DNA of 64,000 bases from Candidatus Hydrogenedentota bacterium (GTDB lineage: Bacteria > Hydrogenedentota > Hydrogenedentia > Hydrogenedentales > SLHB01), in the NCBI GenBank assembly GCA_963674865.2, contig CAXXYE010000007.1:128001-192000 (forward strand), in the 5' to 3' direction. A program made the translations under genes and the position numbers. Shown in pieces: positions 25,715-35,325 of this stretch (the stretch's first letter is position 1; every line of letters starts with the position of its first letter). The notes under the pieces are model-generated. The model searched no databases, was not told the DNA's origin, and was given only the letters and a program-made list of their open reading frames with translations.

Positions 25715-28381
25715 ATGGCTGGGCCTCAACAAAGACGCTGGCAGGCCGCGCTGGTGACTCTTGCCCTCCTCGCCATACTGGTATTGGCCTTCATCACGCG
25801 CCTTGACGGACTGGACGCCAGCTTCTGGGGCGATGAAGTGCGCACCCATGACCGCGCCTTCGAGCCCGTTCACATCCGCCTTGCTAGTGACACGTATCCC
25901 TTGTATTACTTCCTTGCCCACATGGCGCTGTATCTGGGAGACAACGAGGTTACCTTGCGCTTGCCGGCGCTGCTCGCGGGACTGGCCGGTGTTGTGGCGA
26001 TCTTCTTTGTCGGGAAGTCGCTTTACAGCGCGACGGCCGGGCTGGTGGCCGCGCTCGCCCTCGCCGTGTCGCCTTTTCACATCCTGCACTCCCATCACGC
26101 GCGCTACTACACCCTTGTCATGCTTTTCGGCCTGTTGACGGCGTGGTTTCTAGCGCGGGCGGCATCGCAAGGCAAGGCGCGTGATTGGGTGGCCTACGCG
26201 TTCTCCGGCTTCCTCGGCCTGATGTCGCATGTCATGTTTGCCCCCTGCCTGTTGGCGATGAGTGTCGGCGGCCTGCTGTACATTGCCTTCGCACGCCGGA
26301 GTTCCCTCAATGGCCCCAAGTGGCGGCGACTCGCCGCGCTCATCCTCTGCACCTTTCTCGCCGGATTGCCGACGGCAATCCGCATCGGCCCGCACCACTT
26401 CAAGGCCTTGTCGCTTCAACAACCGCGGGACGACGGCGACAGCGCGGAGGCCGGGCCTGCCGTTGGTGACGGCGCGGAAGGCGATGCGCAGGCCCCCCCG
26501 GCCGCGGAGAGCGAGCAGGATGAGGGACATCTCCTGGCCTTCTTTGGAAACGGCGGATACCTGGAGTTCCTCAAGCGCTACTTCTGGATTTCCTCTCCTC
26601 GCATCCGCGATCTACTTATCTTGCTGGCAATCTGGGGGCTGGTGGAGCTGTTCCGAAACCACGCGGCCATGGGCGCCATCATCGCCAGTCTGCTGGTTCT
26701 GACGCCGCTGCCTTTCTTCTACGTGCCGGTTCAGCATTGGCACCACGCACGCTATTACTCGGCCGCGTACCTCCCCGCCCTCCTGCTTGTGGCCATCGGT
26801 ATCATGATTCTTCCTTCCTACCTCGCCCGCGTTCTAATCTTGCGGCGACGCGAGCCGGCGGCGTGTCCCGGGCCGGCCAAGTGGGTGCGTCCGGTGGAGG
26901 CGGCCCTTGTCGCGCTCTTCCTGGCTGCCTTGGCGCCGGCGGCAGTTGACGCGATGCGAACCTACCGGGCCGAGGGCTGGTTGACGGAAAACCGCGTGAC
27001 GGGCCCTATCGTGCCGGTGCGCGATTGGAAGGGCCTGTATCGCCATATGGCGAACACCTTCCAGACGCAGGACGTCGTATTCCATCTTGGCCCGCCGGAG
27101 CACGCCGCCAACTACCGGCGGCTCTATCTTGATCGCTATCTCGGCAACTACGGCGCGCTTCCCTTCAGAGAGGTCAGTCGCAACCATCCAAAGTTCGATC
27201 TGATCCGATGGGCTTGTCTCGAAAACCCCTATGCCTCCGTGTGGTTTACCGGCCAGAGAAGGCTCGGCATCGGCGCGTATGTTCCGCTGCTCAACGCCTT
27301 GTGTGGCCCGCCTCTCATGTCCAATCTCAGCTCGTCTTCGATGGGCGTGGCCCTCTGGGTTTTGGGCGAACCGACCCAAAACCTCATCGAAAACGGCGGT
27401 TTCGAGCAGAAAGAAGTCGTTATTGGGACGGAAGGCCCCGGCGCCGTCGGTATTGATCCCGGCTACGAGGGAAGAGGGACTCTCGCGATGTACGTGCCCC
27501 CGGAAGCGCCTGCATCGCAGACAGTGACGCTTTCGGTGAAGCCCCACACCTACCGTGTCCGAAACGGCCACTTCGAACTCTGGGCCGAGGGCAAGCCCGT
27601 GGGCTGGGAGATGGCTGCGGAGAGCGCCCATGCCGTAGAGGTAGGCCCGGCAACAACATCGGGCTCCCGCGCGCTCGGACTCGCGCCTTCGGCCACACCC
27701 GTTGTGCTCTCGCAGCGTGTGCCCATGGGCCTGGCCCCGGGGCGGCGGGTGCGTGTCGAAGCCGAGGCGTATGCGGATGCGGCGCGGCAGATCGCCCTCA
27801 TCCTCAGATACGCCCTCGCGGGCGAAGCCCACGAGGCGGCTGCGTATCATTCCGGGGGCGGGGAGTGGGCGCCCCTTTTCGTCGAGGCCGTGATCCCGGC
27901 GGAGGCCGATCCTGAGGCGATAGCCGTCGTTATTCGCCGCGAGCCCGACACGCCTGGGCAGGCGGCGGTGGACAACGTCGCGGTGGGCGTCCTCGATGCG
28001 GACAACAGCCTGGATCCGCGCGAGATATACACCCTTTCCATGATGATCCGCTACGCCGATGTGCGACGTCCCAAGAACCCATATCACCCATGGGGATACG
28101 TGGCGCTCACCTTCTCATCCGAACAGGACGAACGCCGACACGTCGACCTTGCCCGGTTCGAGGGCACCCGAGACTGGTACCAGCTCTCTTGCCCGGTGCT
28201 CCCGGGCCGCACGCTGCCGGCGGATGCCGCGGATCTCCACGTGCGGGTAGGTATGCAGGACGCCTCCGGCGCCATCTGGATCGATAACGTCCAACTCGAG
28301 CCGAAGGATCATGCCACGCCCTTCACGCAAGGCGTCCGCATTCCACACGATGAAGACATAGCCTTACGGGGCCTGCCCTAG
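25715..28381 (+). CDS. GT-C glycosyltransferase (GT39/ArnT-like) with C-terminal CBM-like domains
   Basis: SFWGDE, LRLPALLAG, HSHHARYY, many TMs; NLIENGGFE, VRNGHFELW, IWIDNVQLE. Confidence 0.82.
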   Translation: MAGPQQRRWQAALVTLALLAILVLAFITRLDGLDASFWGDEVRTHDRAFEPVHIRLASDTYPLYYFLAHMALYLGDNEVTLRLPALLAGLAGVVAIFFVGKSLYSATAGLVAALALAVSPFHILHSHHARYYTLVMLFGLLTAWFLARAASQGKARDWVAYAFSGFLGLMSHVMFAPCLLAMSVGGLLYIAFARRSSLNGPKWRRLAALILCTFLAGLPTAIRIGPHHFKALSLQQPRDDGDSAEAGPAVGDGAEGDAQAPPAAESEQDEGHLLAFFGNGGYLEFLKRYFWISSPRIRDLLILLAIWGLVELFRNHAAMGAIIASLLVLTPLPFFYVPVQHWHHARYYSAAYLPALLLVAIGIMILPSYLARVLILRRREPAACPGPAKWVRPVEAALVALFLAALAPAAVDAMRTYRAEGWLTENRVTGPIVPVRDWKGLYRHMANTFQTQDVVFHLGPPEHAANYRRLYLDRYLGNYGALPFREVSRNHPKFDLIRWACLENPYASVWFTGQRRLGIGAYVPLLNALCGPPLMSNLSSSSMGVALWVLGEPTQNLIENGGFEQKEVVIGTEGPGAVGIDPGYEGRGTLAMYVPPEAPASQTVTLSVKPHTYRVRNGHFELWAEGKPVGWEMAAESAHAVEVGPATTSGSRALGLAPSATPVVLSQRVPMGLAPGRRVRVEAEAYADAARQIALILRYALAGEAHEAAAYHSGGGEWAPLFVEAVIPAEADPEAIAVVIRREPDTPGQAAVDNVAVGVLDADNSLDPREIYTLSMMIRYADVRRPKNPYHPWGYVALTFSSEQDERRHVDLARFEGTRDWYQLSCPVLPGRTLPADAADLHVRVGMQDASGAIWIDNVQLEPKDHATPFTQGVRIPHDEDIALRGLP

Positions 28382-28411
28382 GCCTATAGCGGAACTCCAT
28401 AGATTTCTCGC

Positions 28412-29641
28412 ATGTCGCCTCAACAAGCAAACAGGCCTGTACCCTTCATCCAACGACGCGCCTTCTACGCCGCGGCTACGATCGCCTTGTGTACACTTCC
28501 CATGTATGTCCAGGTGATTCCTGTCTTCGGCCGGACACTCCAGCAGTATCTTGGCGTCGGACTCGACAGGTTTGGCTTGCTCCTCGGCGTCGGTATGATC
28601 CCCGCCGCCGTCGCCTGCTTCATGGCGGGCGTTCTTGTCGAGCGCTGGGGGCCCCGGCGCGTGATGGCCGGCTCATTCCTCGGCGCGGCGCTGGGCCTTG
28701 CCCTGGCCGCCGCCGGGGCGCGATGGAGCGTGATGCTCGCCGCGGTCCTCACCATCACGACCTTCAACGGGCCAATCTACTTGTGCCTACAGTCCTTTCT
28801 TATCGAGCTTTTCCCCGGGAGCCGCCGGCGCATGATTTCCCTGGGCCTCGTGAGCGCCGCTGTCATCGGCATGTTCTACCCGCTTTGGGCCGAGCTCCTG
28901 ATGAAGCTGGCCCGCGATGTGCCGGCCATCTCCTTCGGCCAGGTGCTGCACATTCCCTTCGGGATCTTGGCGGCGGCCATGATGCTTGCGGGCCTTCGGT
29001 ATTGGCGAAGAGGCGGCGCGCAACACGTGGAAGCGCCCCAGCGGGACTCCGGCCACCTCACCGTACGCCTGCCCCGCGCCAGCGTGCTGTTGGCCCTGAT
29101 CTGCGCCCTGCACGGAACCTGCGACAACGCCCTCTTCTTGTGGATTCCCCGCGTGCTCGACAGCGCTTCGTATGAGCGGCTCACCTTCCGGCCGGGTGTC
29201 GTGATGGCCGGCTACGGCCTGGCCTACACCATCTCGCGCGGCCTATTGATCCTCTTGCCGGAGCGTCTCGGCAGACGCGCCCTCGTCGCGGCGCCGGGCG
29301 TGATCGGGGGGGCAATTGCCCTGTCCGCCGTCATGACGCGCAACCAGGCGCTGACGGCCTTGGGCATTCTGGCCGGCTCGTTCTTCTGGTCCCTCGAACT
29401 CCCGTCGGCCCTTTCGCTATTGGCCGAGCGCGACCACCGCAGCTTCGCCAAAGCCCAGGCCCTATTCATGTTGGCCAGCGGCGCGGGCGGCTTTCTCCTC
29501 ACCTACGTGATGGGCGTTGTCGGCTCCGCGCTGGAGACGAGCCAACTCTGGGCGCTCTTGCTCATCCCGCTGGCGGGATTCCCTGCCTTTGGACTCCTCT
29601 CCAGCGCATGGCTGGCGAAATACGCGTCAGCGCCGCGCTAG
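28412..29641 (+). CDS. MFS transporter
   Basis: ~12 TMs; motif A-like GVLVERWGPRRV and PERLGRR. Confidence 0.8.
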   Translation: MSPQQANRPVPFIQRRAFYAAATIALCTLPMYVQVIPVFGRTLQQYLGVGLDRFGLLLGVGMIPAAVACFMAGVLVERWGPRRVMAGSFLGAALGLALAAAGARWSVMLAAVLTITTFNGPIYLCLQSFLIELFPGSRRRMISLGLVSAAVIGMFYPLWAELLMKLARDVPAISFGQVLHIPFGILAAAMMLAGLRYWRRGGAQHVEAPQRDSGHLTVRLPRASVLLALICALHGTCDNALFLWIPRVLDSASYERLTFRPGVVMAGYGLAYTISRGLLILLPERLGRRALVAAPGVIGGAIALSAVMTRNQALTALGILAGSFFWSLELPSALSLLAERDHRSFAKAQALFMLASGAGGFLLTYVMGVVGSALETSQLWALLLIPLAGFPAFGLLSSAWLAKYASAPR

Positions 29642-29653
29642 GGCCTGTTCCAG

Positions 29654-30979
29654 CTAGTCCTTGGCCCACAGGGCGCGGTAGCCCAGGTGCATCATGTAGT
29701 GGTCGAGCAAGATGATGGCCGTAAACGCCTCGGCTACCGGCCAGACGCGCGCCACGATTGTCGGATCGCGCCGGGTGACCGCGCTCAACGTCGCGTTCTC
29801 CAGCGAGACTTTGTCGATGGTTTCCTGATCCTTGGCGATAGTCGGCGTGGGTTTTACGGCGAGCCGCGCCACGATGGGTTGCCCCGTCGTCATGCCGCCC
29901 GTCACTCCGCCCGCGTTGTTGGATTGGAACGTGACGTTTCCGTCCTTGGCGCGCATGGCGTCATTGCACTCCGAGCCCGTCATATCCTTCACAGCCATGC
30001 CCGCGCCGACCTCGACGGCTTTGATCGTGCCGATGCTCATCATGCGGCCCAACTCGCCGTCGAGCTTCCGGAACACCGGTTCTCCCATGCCCGCCGGTAC
30101 GCCCGTTGCCACGACCTCGACCAGCCCGCCGCTCGAATCGCCCGCGTCGCGGATCTCGAGAATACGCCGCTCCATGGCATCAGCCGCCTCGAGATCCGGG
30201 CAATTCAGCGTAGGGTGAACGCCGTATTCCTCGCGTAGCGCCTTCGGATCCTCCGCCGGCCCGCGCTCACGGATCGCGATCAAATCGCGCTCCAGTTCTG
30301 CCAGAACGGCCATTTTCTGGAGGAAACGCATGTCCGAGTTAAAACGACCTTCCTCGAAGACCCAGCGGTAGATCGGATCGACCTTTCGCCGCATCTCTCG
30401 GTAGGCGTCCACTTTAGCTCTTATTGAGTCGATAGGCATCTCGCCGGCGCGGATGCCCGCGGCCTCCTTCACATAGGAGAATACTTCGATGCCATGTTCT
30501 TTCAAGACACGGCGCGCCACCGCGCCCGCCGCCACAATTGTCGACGTGTACCGCCCGCTGAAGAACCCGGCGCCGATCGCATCATCCCATTGCCCGTATT
30601 TTTGATATGAGGCGTACGAAGCGTGTCCGGGACGCGGTGTGCGGTTGGTGACTTGGTACTGCTCGATGTGCTCGAAGTGCCGATCGCAGTTAGGAATAAG
30701 GATGACGAACGGCGTGCCGTTGGTGTAGCCCTTATTGGAGAAACCCGGCATCGTGTCCGCGGCGTTCACGCCGCTGTAGATGACGGGCACATCCGGCTCC
30801 CGGCGCGGCGAGGCCAATTCGCTCTGGCCCGGTTTGCGCATGAGCAGCGCCGCGTAGATCTCCGCCTCTGTGATCAGTAGGCCGGGCGGGACTCCCTGAA
30901 GGTGAACCGTCAACCCGTCTTGGTACGACCCGCCCGCCACTGTGGTCTGAAACATCGTGCCATAGCTGCAACCCAGCAT
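29654..30979 (-). CDS. Divergent chorismate synthase-like protein (AroC paralog)
   Basis: RPGH, DSSGG, GEPVFRKLDG, SNNAGG.TGG, AVKPTPTI retained; GESHG, RSSARET and RHDPC motifs altered; ~65-aa insertion; GGAG RBS. Confidence 0.85.
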   Translation of the reverse strand: MLGCSYGTMFQTTVAGGSYQDGLTVHLQGVPPGLLITEAEIYAALLMRKPGQSELASPRREPDVPVIYSGVNAADTMPGFSNKGYTNGTPFVILIPNCDRHFEHIEQYQVTNRTPRPGHASYASYQKYGQWDDAIGAGFFSGRYTSTIVAAGAVARRVLKEHGIEVFSYVKEAAGIRAGEMPIDSIRAKVDAYREMRRKVDPIYRWVFEEGRFNSDMRFLQKMAVLAELERDLIAIRERGPAEDPKALREEYGVHPTLNCPDLEAADAMERRILEIRDAGDSSGGLVEVVATGVPAGMGEPVFRKLDGELGRMMSIGTIKAVEVGAGMAVKDMTGSECNDAMRAKDGNVTFQSNNAGGVTGGMTTGQPIVARLAVKPTPTIAKDQETIDKVSLENATLSAVTRRDPTIVARVWPVAEAFTAIILLDHYMMHLGYRALWAKD

Positions 30980-31009
30980 GCCGAAATTCTCCTTCGTCTC
31001 AACGGTTAG

Positions 31010-32626
31010 TTACGCACTACCTGCCTCTGGCCAATCCGGACGTAGCCGCCGCTGGACCTCCCATGCGTCCAGAAGAACCAGCGCAGCCATATTTTCAATC
31101 ACCGGGATCACGCGCGGCACGATACACGGATCATGTCTACCGTGCACCTCGATCTCCCGGTCTTGGAGACTGGTATCCATCGTTTGCTGCGGTTGGGCAA
31201 TGGACGAAGTGGGTTTGACCGCGATGCGAAGCACAATCGGCTGCCCTGTCGAAATTCCGCCGGTTATGCCGCCCGCGTTATTGCTCAAGAAGCCGCGGCT
31301 GCCCATCCCGTCATTTGATTCGCTGCCCCGCATCCGGCTCAACTCAAATCCTTGCCCCACCTCGATGCCCTTCGTCGCCCCGATAGTCATGAGTGCTGAC
31401 GTAAGGCGCGCGTCCAATTTGCCAAAGACCGGATCCCCGAGGCCCGTGGGCGTCCCGGTGATTTCCAACTGAACGATGCCGCCCACGGAATCGTTATCGG
31501 ATTTCGCGGCCAGAATTGCCGCTTCCATTCGCTTGGCGGCCTCTATGTCCGCGCACCGCACCGGATTACGCTCAATCACGTCGTAGTCGCACGTCTCGGC
31601 CTTGACGCCGGCGATCTCGACGGCGTAGGCCACGATGCGCACGCCGCGCCCGGCGAGGATCTTCTGCGCCACGGCCCCGCACATGACGCGGCCCGCCGTT
31701 TCCCTTCCGGAAGAGCGTCCGCCGCCGCGGTGATCGCGGATGCCGTATTTCTTGTAGTATGTGAAGTCCGCATGACCCGGGCGGAAAAGGTCCTTGATAC
31801 CTTCGTATTTTGACGAATCCTGATCGCGGTTGAACACGACCATGGCAATGGGCGCGCCCGTCGTGTTGCCGTCGAAGACGCCCGACAGAATCTGCACCTG
31901 ATCCTTCTCATCGCGCGGCGTGGTTACCGCGCTCTGCCCCGGACGCCTGCGATTAAGCTCCGCCTGGATATCGGCCGGGGAAATCTCGATGCCCGGCTGC
32001 ACGCCGTCCAACACGGCTCCTATCGCCGGGCCGTGGCTCTCGCCAAAGGTGGTAACGCGTATCACCTCGCCATAGGTGTTTGCGGCCTGTGCCCGCACGG
32101 CCAGCTCCTGGGCCACGAGGCCCGCCAGCCTGGCGGCTACGTCGTCAGGTGAGGCCGAGGACGTGTCCAACACAATATCCGCAAAGGGTCGAATGGCCTC
32201 TTCACGCACCGCGACGCCGGTTTCAAACTGCTGCCGGCCATCCGCGCCCGCCAGCCACGGCGGCACGCCATCCAGCGTGGCCCGTTCCCACAGCACTTCG
32301 GGTGAGGCCGTCAACAAGATAACAATGGCCTCCTCGCGCAGCCGCTGCCGGGCATCGGGATTCAGCATCACCGACCCGCCCGTGATTACCACATGCCAGT
32401 CCTTGTCGGCAGTGAGTTCCACGACCTTCGATTCCATATCGCGGAAGGCAGCGGCGCCAAGCGTTTCGTAGATCTCACGGCACGTGAGCCGGTGGCCGGC
32501 CTGGCACTCGTAAAGCTCCTCGATCACGCCGTCCGTCTCGAGCGCGGGGAGGCCCACTAGGCCCGCCAGTGACGAGCCTATCGTGCTTTTTCCTGCGCCC
32601 TTGGGGCCGGTGACTACAATTCTCAT
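31010..32626 (-). CDS. aroC: Shikimate kinase-chorismate synthase fusion
   Basis: N-terminal GPKGAGKST P-loop, FRDME, TGGS; C-terminal TTFGESHG, RRRPGQS, RPGHAD, GGGRSSGRET, GRHDPC. Confidence 0.93.
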   Translation of the reverse strand: MRIVVTGPKGAGKSTIGSSLAGLVGLPALETDGVIEELYECQAGHRLTCREIYETLGAAAFRDMESKVVELTADKDWHVVITGGSVMLNPDARQRLREEAIVILLTASPEVLWERATLDGVPPWLAGADGRQQFETGVAVREEAIRPFADIVLDTSSASPDDVAARLAGLVAQELAVRAQAANTYGEVIRVTTFGESHGPAIGAVLDGVQPGIEISPADIQAELNRRRPGQSAVTTPRDEKDQVQILSGVFDGNTTGAPIAMVVFNRDQDSSKYEGIKDLFRPGHADFTYYKKYGIRDHRGGGRSSGRETAGRVMCGAVAQKILAGRGVRIVAYAVEIAGVKAETCDYDVIERNPVRCADIEAAKRMEAAILAAKSDNDSVGGIVQLEITGTPTGLGDPVFGKLDARLTSALMTIGATKGIEVGQGFELSRMRGSESNDGMGSRGFLSNNAGGITGGISTGQPIVLRIAVKPTSSIAQPQQTMDTSLQDREIEVHGRHDPCIVPRVIPVIENMAALVLLDAWEVQRRLRPDWPEAGSA

Positions 32627-32660
32627 ACCTGTGCTTTCAGTTCAGTGCCTGGAACGGCCA

Positions 32661-33938
32661 TCATGTATCCGTAACATGCACCCGCGCGCCAAGTTGCGAC
32701 AAGGCTTCCGCAAAACCTGGGTAGGTTATCGACGCCGCCTCATAGCCGTGAATCACCGTCGGTTCCTTCAGCATGGAAGCCGCGACGGCGAGCGCCATGA
32801 CGACCCGGTGATCCCCATGGCCGTCCACTTCCGCGCCGTGGAGGGCGCTTTCCTCGATGACTAGGCCGTCGGGAAGCTCGGTTGCCTTTGCCCCGAGCCG
32901 CTCCAGTTCCTGTTTCATCACCGCGATCCGATCCGTCTCCTTCAGCCGCGCTTGAGGAACGTTAACCAGGCGCGTTGTCCCTTGGGCGAAGCAGGCCAGG
33001 GCCGCCATCATGGGAAGAGCATCAGGCGTCGCGTTAAGGTCGATCTCGCAGCCCGAAAGCCCGTTTGCCTTGACGCGAATACCTTGCCCTTCGAGTGTCA
33101 CGCGCGCCCCCATCTGGCGAAGGTAATCGACCACCGCCCGATCGCCCTGCGTGTCTTCGATATCAAGACCTTCGGACACGACATTATTCTCGCCCAACGC
33201 GCCGGCCGCCAAGAAGAACGTGGCCGACGAAAAGTCTGCCGGGATCCGCCGGTTCACCGGCCGGTAGCGCTGCCCGCCGGGCACGTGGAACTCCGCCATG
33301 CCGCTGTGCTCGACGCTAACTCCTTGCCGGCCAATCCAGTCCAAGGTTATGAGCAAGTACGGCGCTTCGTTCAATACCGGTACCGTGATGTGCGAATTGC
33401 CCTCCGCCAGTGGTGTATTCACCAGCAGACTCGTCACGTATTGGCTCGTTACCGCCTCGATGGACGTCGCGCCGCCGCGCAGGCAGCCCGCTACCTCGAA
33501 GGGCGCGCAGCCGGTGTCTTTGAGTGAACGCACCGACGCGCCCAACTCCGTCAGCGATTGGGCGAGCGGGCCTGCCGGGCGCCGCTGGATTTGCTCGTCG
33601 CCCGTTAGCACGACCTGCCCCTCGCGCAGCAAGGCAAACGAACCCATGGCGATGCGGAGGGTCGTGCCCGAGTTGCCCACATCGATCTCGCTGCGGGTCG
33701 CGCGCGGGACGCCGGCCAGCCCTTGAACAAGCCATTCTCCGGCGCGCTTCTCGACGCCCGCCCCCAGGGCCTCGTAGGCGGCCAACGCGGAAAGCGTATC
33801 GCCCGATTCGAGAGGCGCCTCGATCCGGCTTTCGCCCTCCGCCAGGGCGGCAATGGCCACGGCCCGGATGGTGTGCGACTTCGATCCGGGAATGGCCACT
33901 GTCCCGGAGAGGCGGGCTCGTTCGCAGATTAGCTTCAC
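32661..33938 (-). CDS. aroA: 3-phosphoshikimate 1-carboxyvinyltransferase (EPSP synthase)
   Basis: PGSKSHTIRA, GNSGTTLR, SQYVTSLL, DFSSA, RLKETDRI, DHRVVMA. Confidence 0.96.
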   Translation of the reverse strand: MKLICERARLSGTVAIPGSKSHTIRAVAIAALAEGESRIEAPLESGDTLSALAAYEALGAGVEKRAGEWLVQGLAGVPRATRSEIDVGNSGTTLRIAMGSFALLREGQVVLTGDEQIQRRPAGPLAQSLTELGASVRSLKDTGCAPFEVAGCLRGGATSIEAVTSQYVTSLLVNTPLAEGNSHITVPVLNEAPYLLITLDWIGRQGVSVEHSGMAEFHVPGGQRYRPVNRRIPADFSSATFFLAAGALGENNVVSEGLDIEDTQGDRAVVDYLRQMGARVTLEGQGIRVKANGLSGCEIDLNATPDALPMMAALACFAQGTTRLVNVPQARLKETDRIAVMKQELERLGAKATELPDGLVIEESALHGAEVDGHGDHRVVMALAVAASMLKEPTVIHGYEAASITYPGFAEALSQLGARVHVTDT

Positions 33939-33991
33939 GATGGTTGTCCCATGCTGTGGACTTTGTGTCTAAACCCAGAGGGTAAGCGAAG

Positions 33992-34021
33992 ATAATAGGT
34001 TTTTTGTGCCGATTCTGTCAA
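33992..34021 (-). promoter_or_regulatory. sigma70-type promoter of the aroA operon
   Basis: Minus strand TTGACA-N18-TATTAT, ~55 bp upstream of aroA. Confidence 0.55.
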
Positions 34022-34204
34022 AAACGCCATTACTTCGCGATTGGGCCGGCCCCATTTATGCCAATGCACTCATTGACGGCTTGGGCGAAGTTGCCGCCAC
34101 TGGGCGGCTCTTGCTCTGCCGCGCAGTTCCATGGCTAAGATGCCTGCTCCGAGGCATCACGTCTGCCGATTGCCGGAAACCGCCTTGCCTGGTATGCTTC
34201 CGGC

Positions 34205-34927
34205 ATGGGACACATCCACCGGTTCTACATTTCCCCCGACACGCCCACAGGAAGCGAGGTTGCCTTGTCCTCGGAGGAGGCGCATCACGCATTGCGCGTG
34301 GCGCGGGTGCGGCCCGGCGACGATATCGCTCTGTTCGACGGGACGGGCCGCATCGTGGAGGGGGCCGTTGCGCGCGCCGAGCGGGGCGCTGTGGTAGTCG
34401 ACGTCCACGAGGAACGCCGGGCCGCCCCGGCCCCTTACCGTCTCACGCTGATCCAGGCGTGGCTGAACCGAACCAAGCCCATCGAGGAAGTCATTCGGCG
34501 GGGGACGGAACTCGGCGTGACTTCCTTCTGCTTCTTCCGCGCCGAGCGATCCGATCGTGCGCCGAAGGCCGCCGAGAAGTGGCCTCGCCTTGCCATCGAG
34601 GTATGCAAGCAATGCGGCCGGGCCTTCCTGCCCGAATTCGCCACGGCGCCTTCCTTGGAGGCGGCGCTGGATGCCGACACGTACGACGCCGTGCTTATTG
34701 CCACGGCCGACCTGGAACCTGTACCCATTGGCCGGGCTGTTTCAGGAGCTCGCGTGGCGCTCATGATCGGCCCCGAGGGCGACTTCTCCGAAGCCGAGCT
34801 CACGTGCGCCCAGCGCTTTGGGGCGAAGCCGATCGCTCTCGGCGCCGCGACGCTACGCTCTGAGGCGGCGGCGGCCGCCGCCGCAACGCTTGTCCTCTAC
34901 GAACTCGGAGGCCTTGGCCCGCGTTGA
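34205..34927 (+). CDS. rsmE: 16S rRNA m3U1498 methyltransferase
   Basis: HHALRVARVRPGD, TELGV, KQCGR, MIGPEGDFS, LRSEAA. Confidence 0.92.
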   Translation: MGHIHRFYISPDTPTGSEVALSSEEAHHALRVARVRPGDDIALFDGTGRIVEGAVARAERGAVVVDVHEERRAAPAPYRLTLIQAWLNRTKPIEEVIRRGTELGVTSFCFFRAERSDRAPKAAEKWPRLAIEVCKQCGRAFLPEFATAPSLEAALDADTYDAVLIATADLEPVPIGRAVSGARVALMIGPEGDFSEAELTCAQRFGAKPIALGAATLRSEAAAAAAATLVLYELGGLGPR

Positions 34928-35031
34928 ACCAGGTGTTCGGCTCCGCGGCCCGAGCAAGATCCTCGAGTTTTCGCGCGGGGGCCTGAAATCCGTACGCAAG
35001 CCGGGCCGGTTTCGCGCCAATCGCGAGAATG

Positions 35032-35169
35032 TGCAGGCTGGAAGCCCGCACCACAATACGGCCCTTCTCGGGACTCTGACAGGCGGGCCCCGACGGATGG
35101 TGAGCGCGCCGGCGGCTGTAGCGCAGGCATCCTGCCTGCCGGCGATTGTAGCGCGGGCATCTTGCCTGC
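35032..35169. repeat. Cluster of GTAG/GTGG-type REP-like palindromes
   Basis: GTAGCGCAGGCATCCTGCCTGC (35118), GTAGCGCGGGCATCTTGCCTGC (35148), inverted relative TGCAGGCTGGAAGCCCGCACCAC (35032); another relative at 39608. Confidence 0.7.
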
Positions 35170-35325
35170 CTCCGGCGCGCGTACTTCGGATCCAGGACTA
35201 CGCTTACGTGCGGACTCTGGGGAGCTTTGCCCCTTGCGCATTCGCGTTACGTATGCGTATGCTTTGCCCCGTGCCGGCCGTGGGGGCGGCATGACATGTG
35301 AGTTCGACACGGTGAGAGGAGCATC

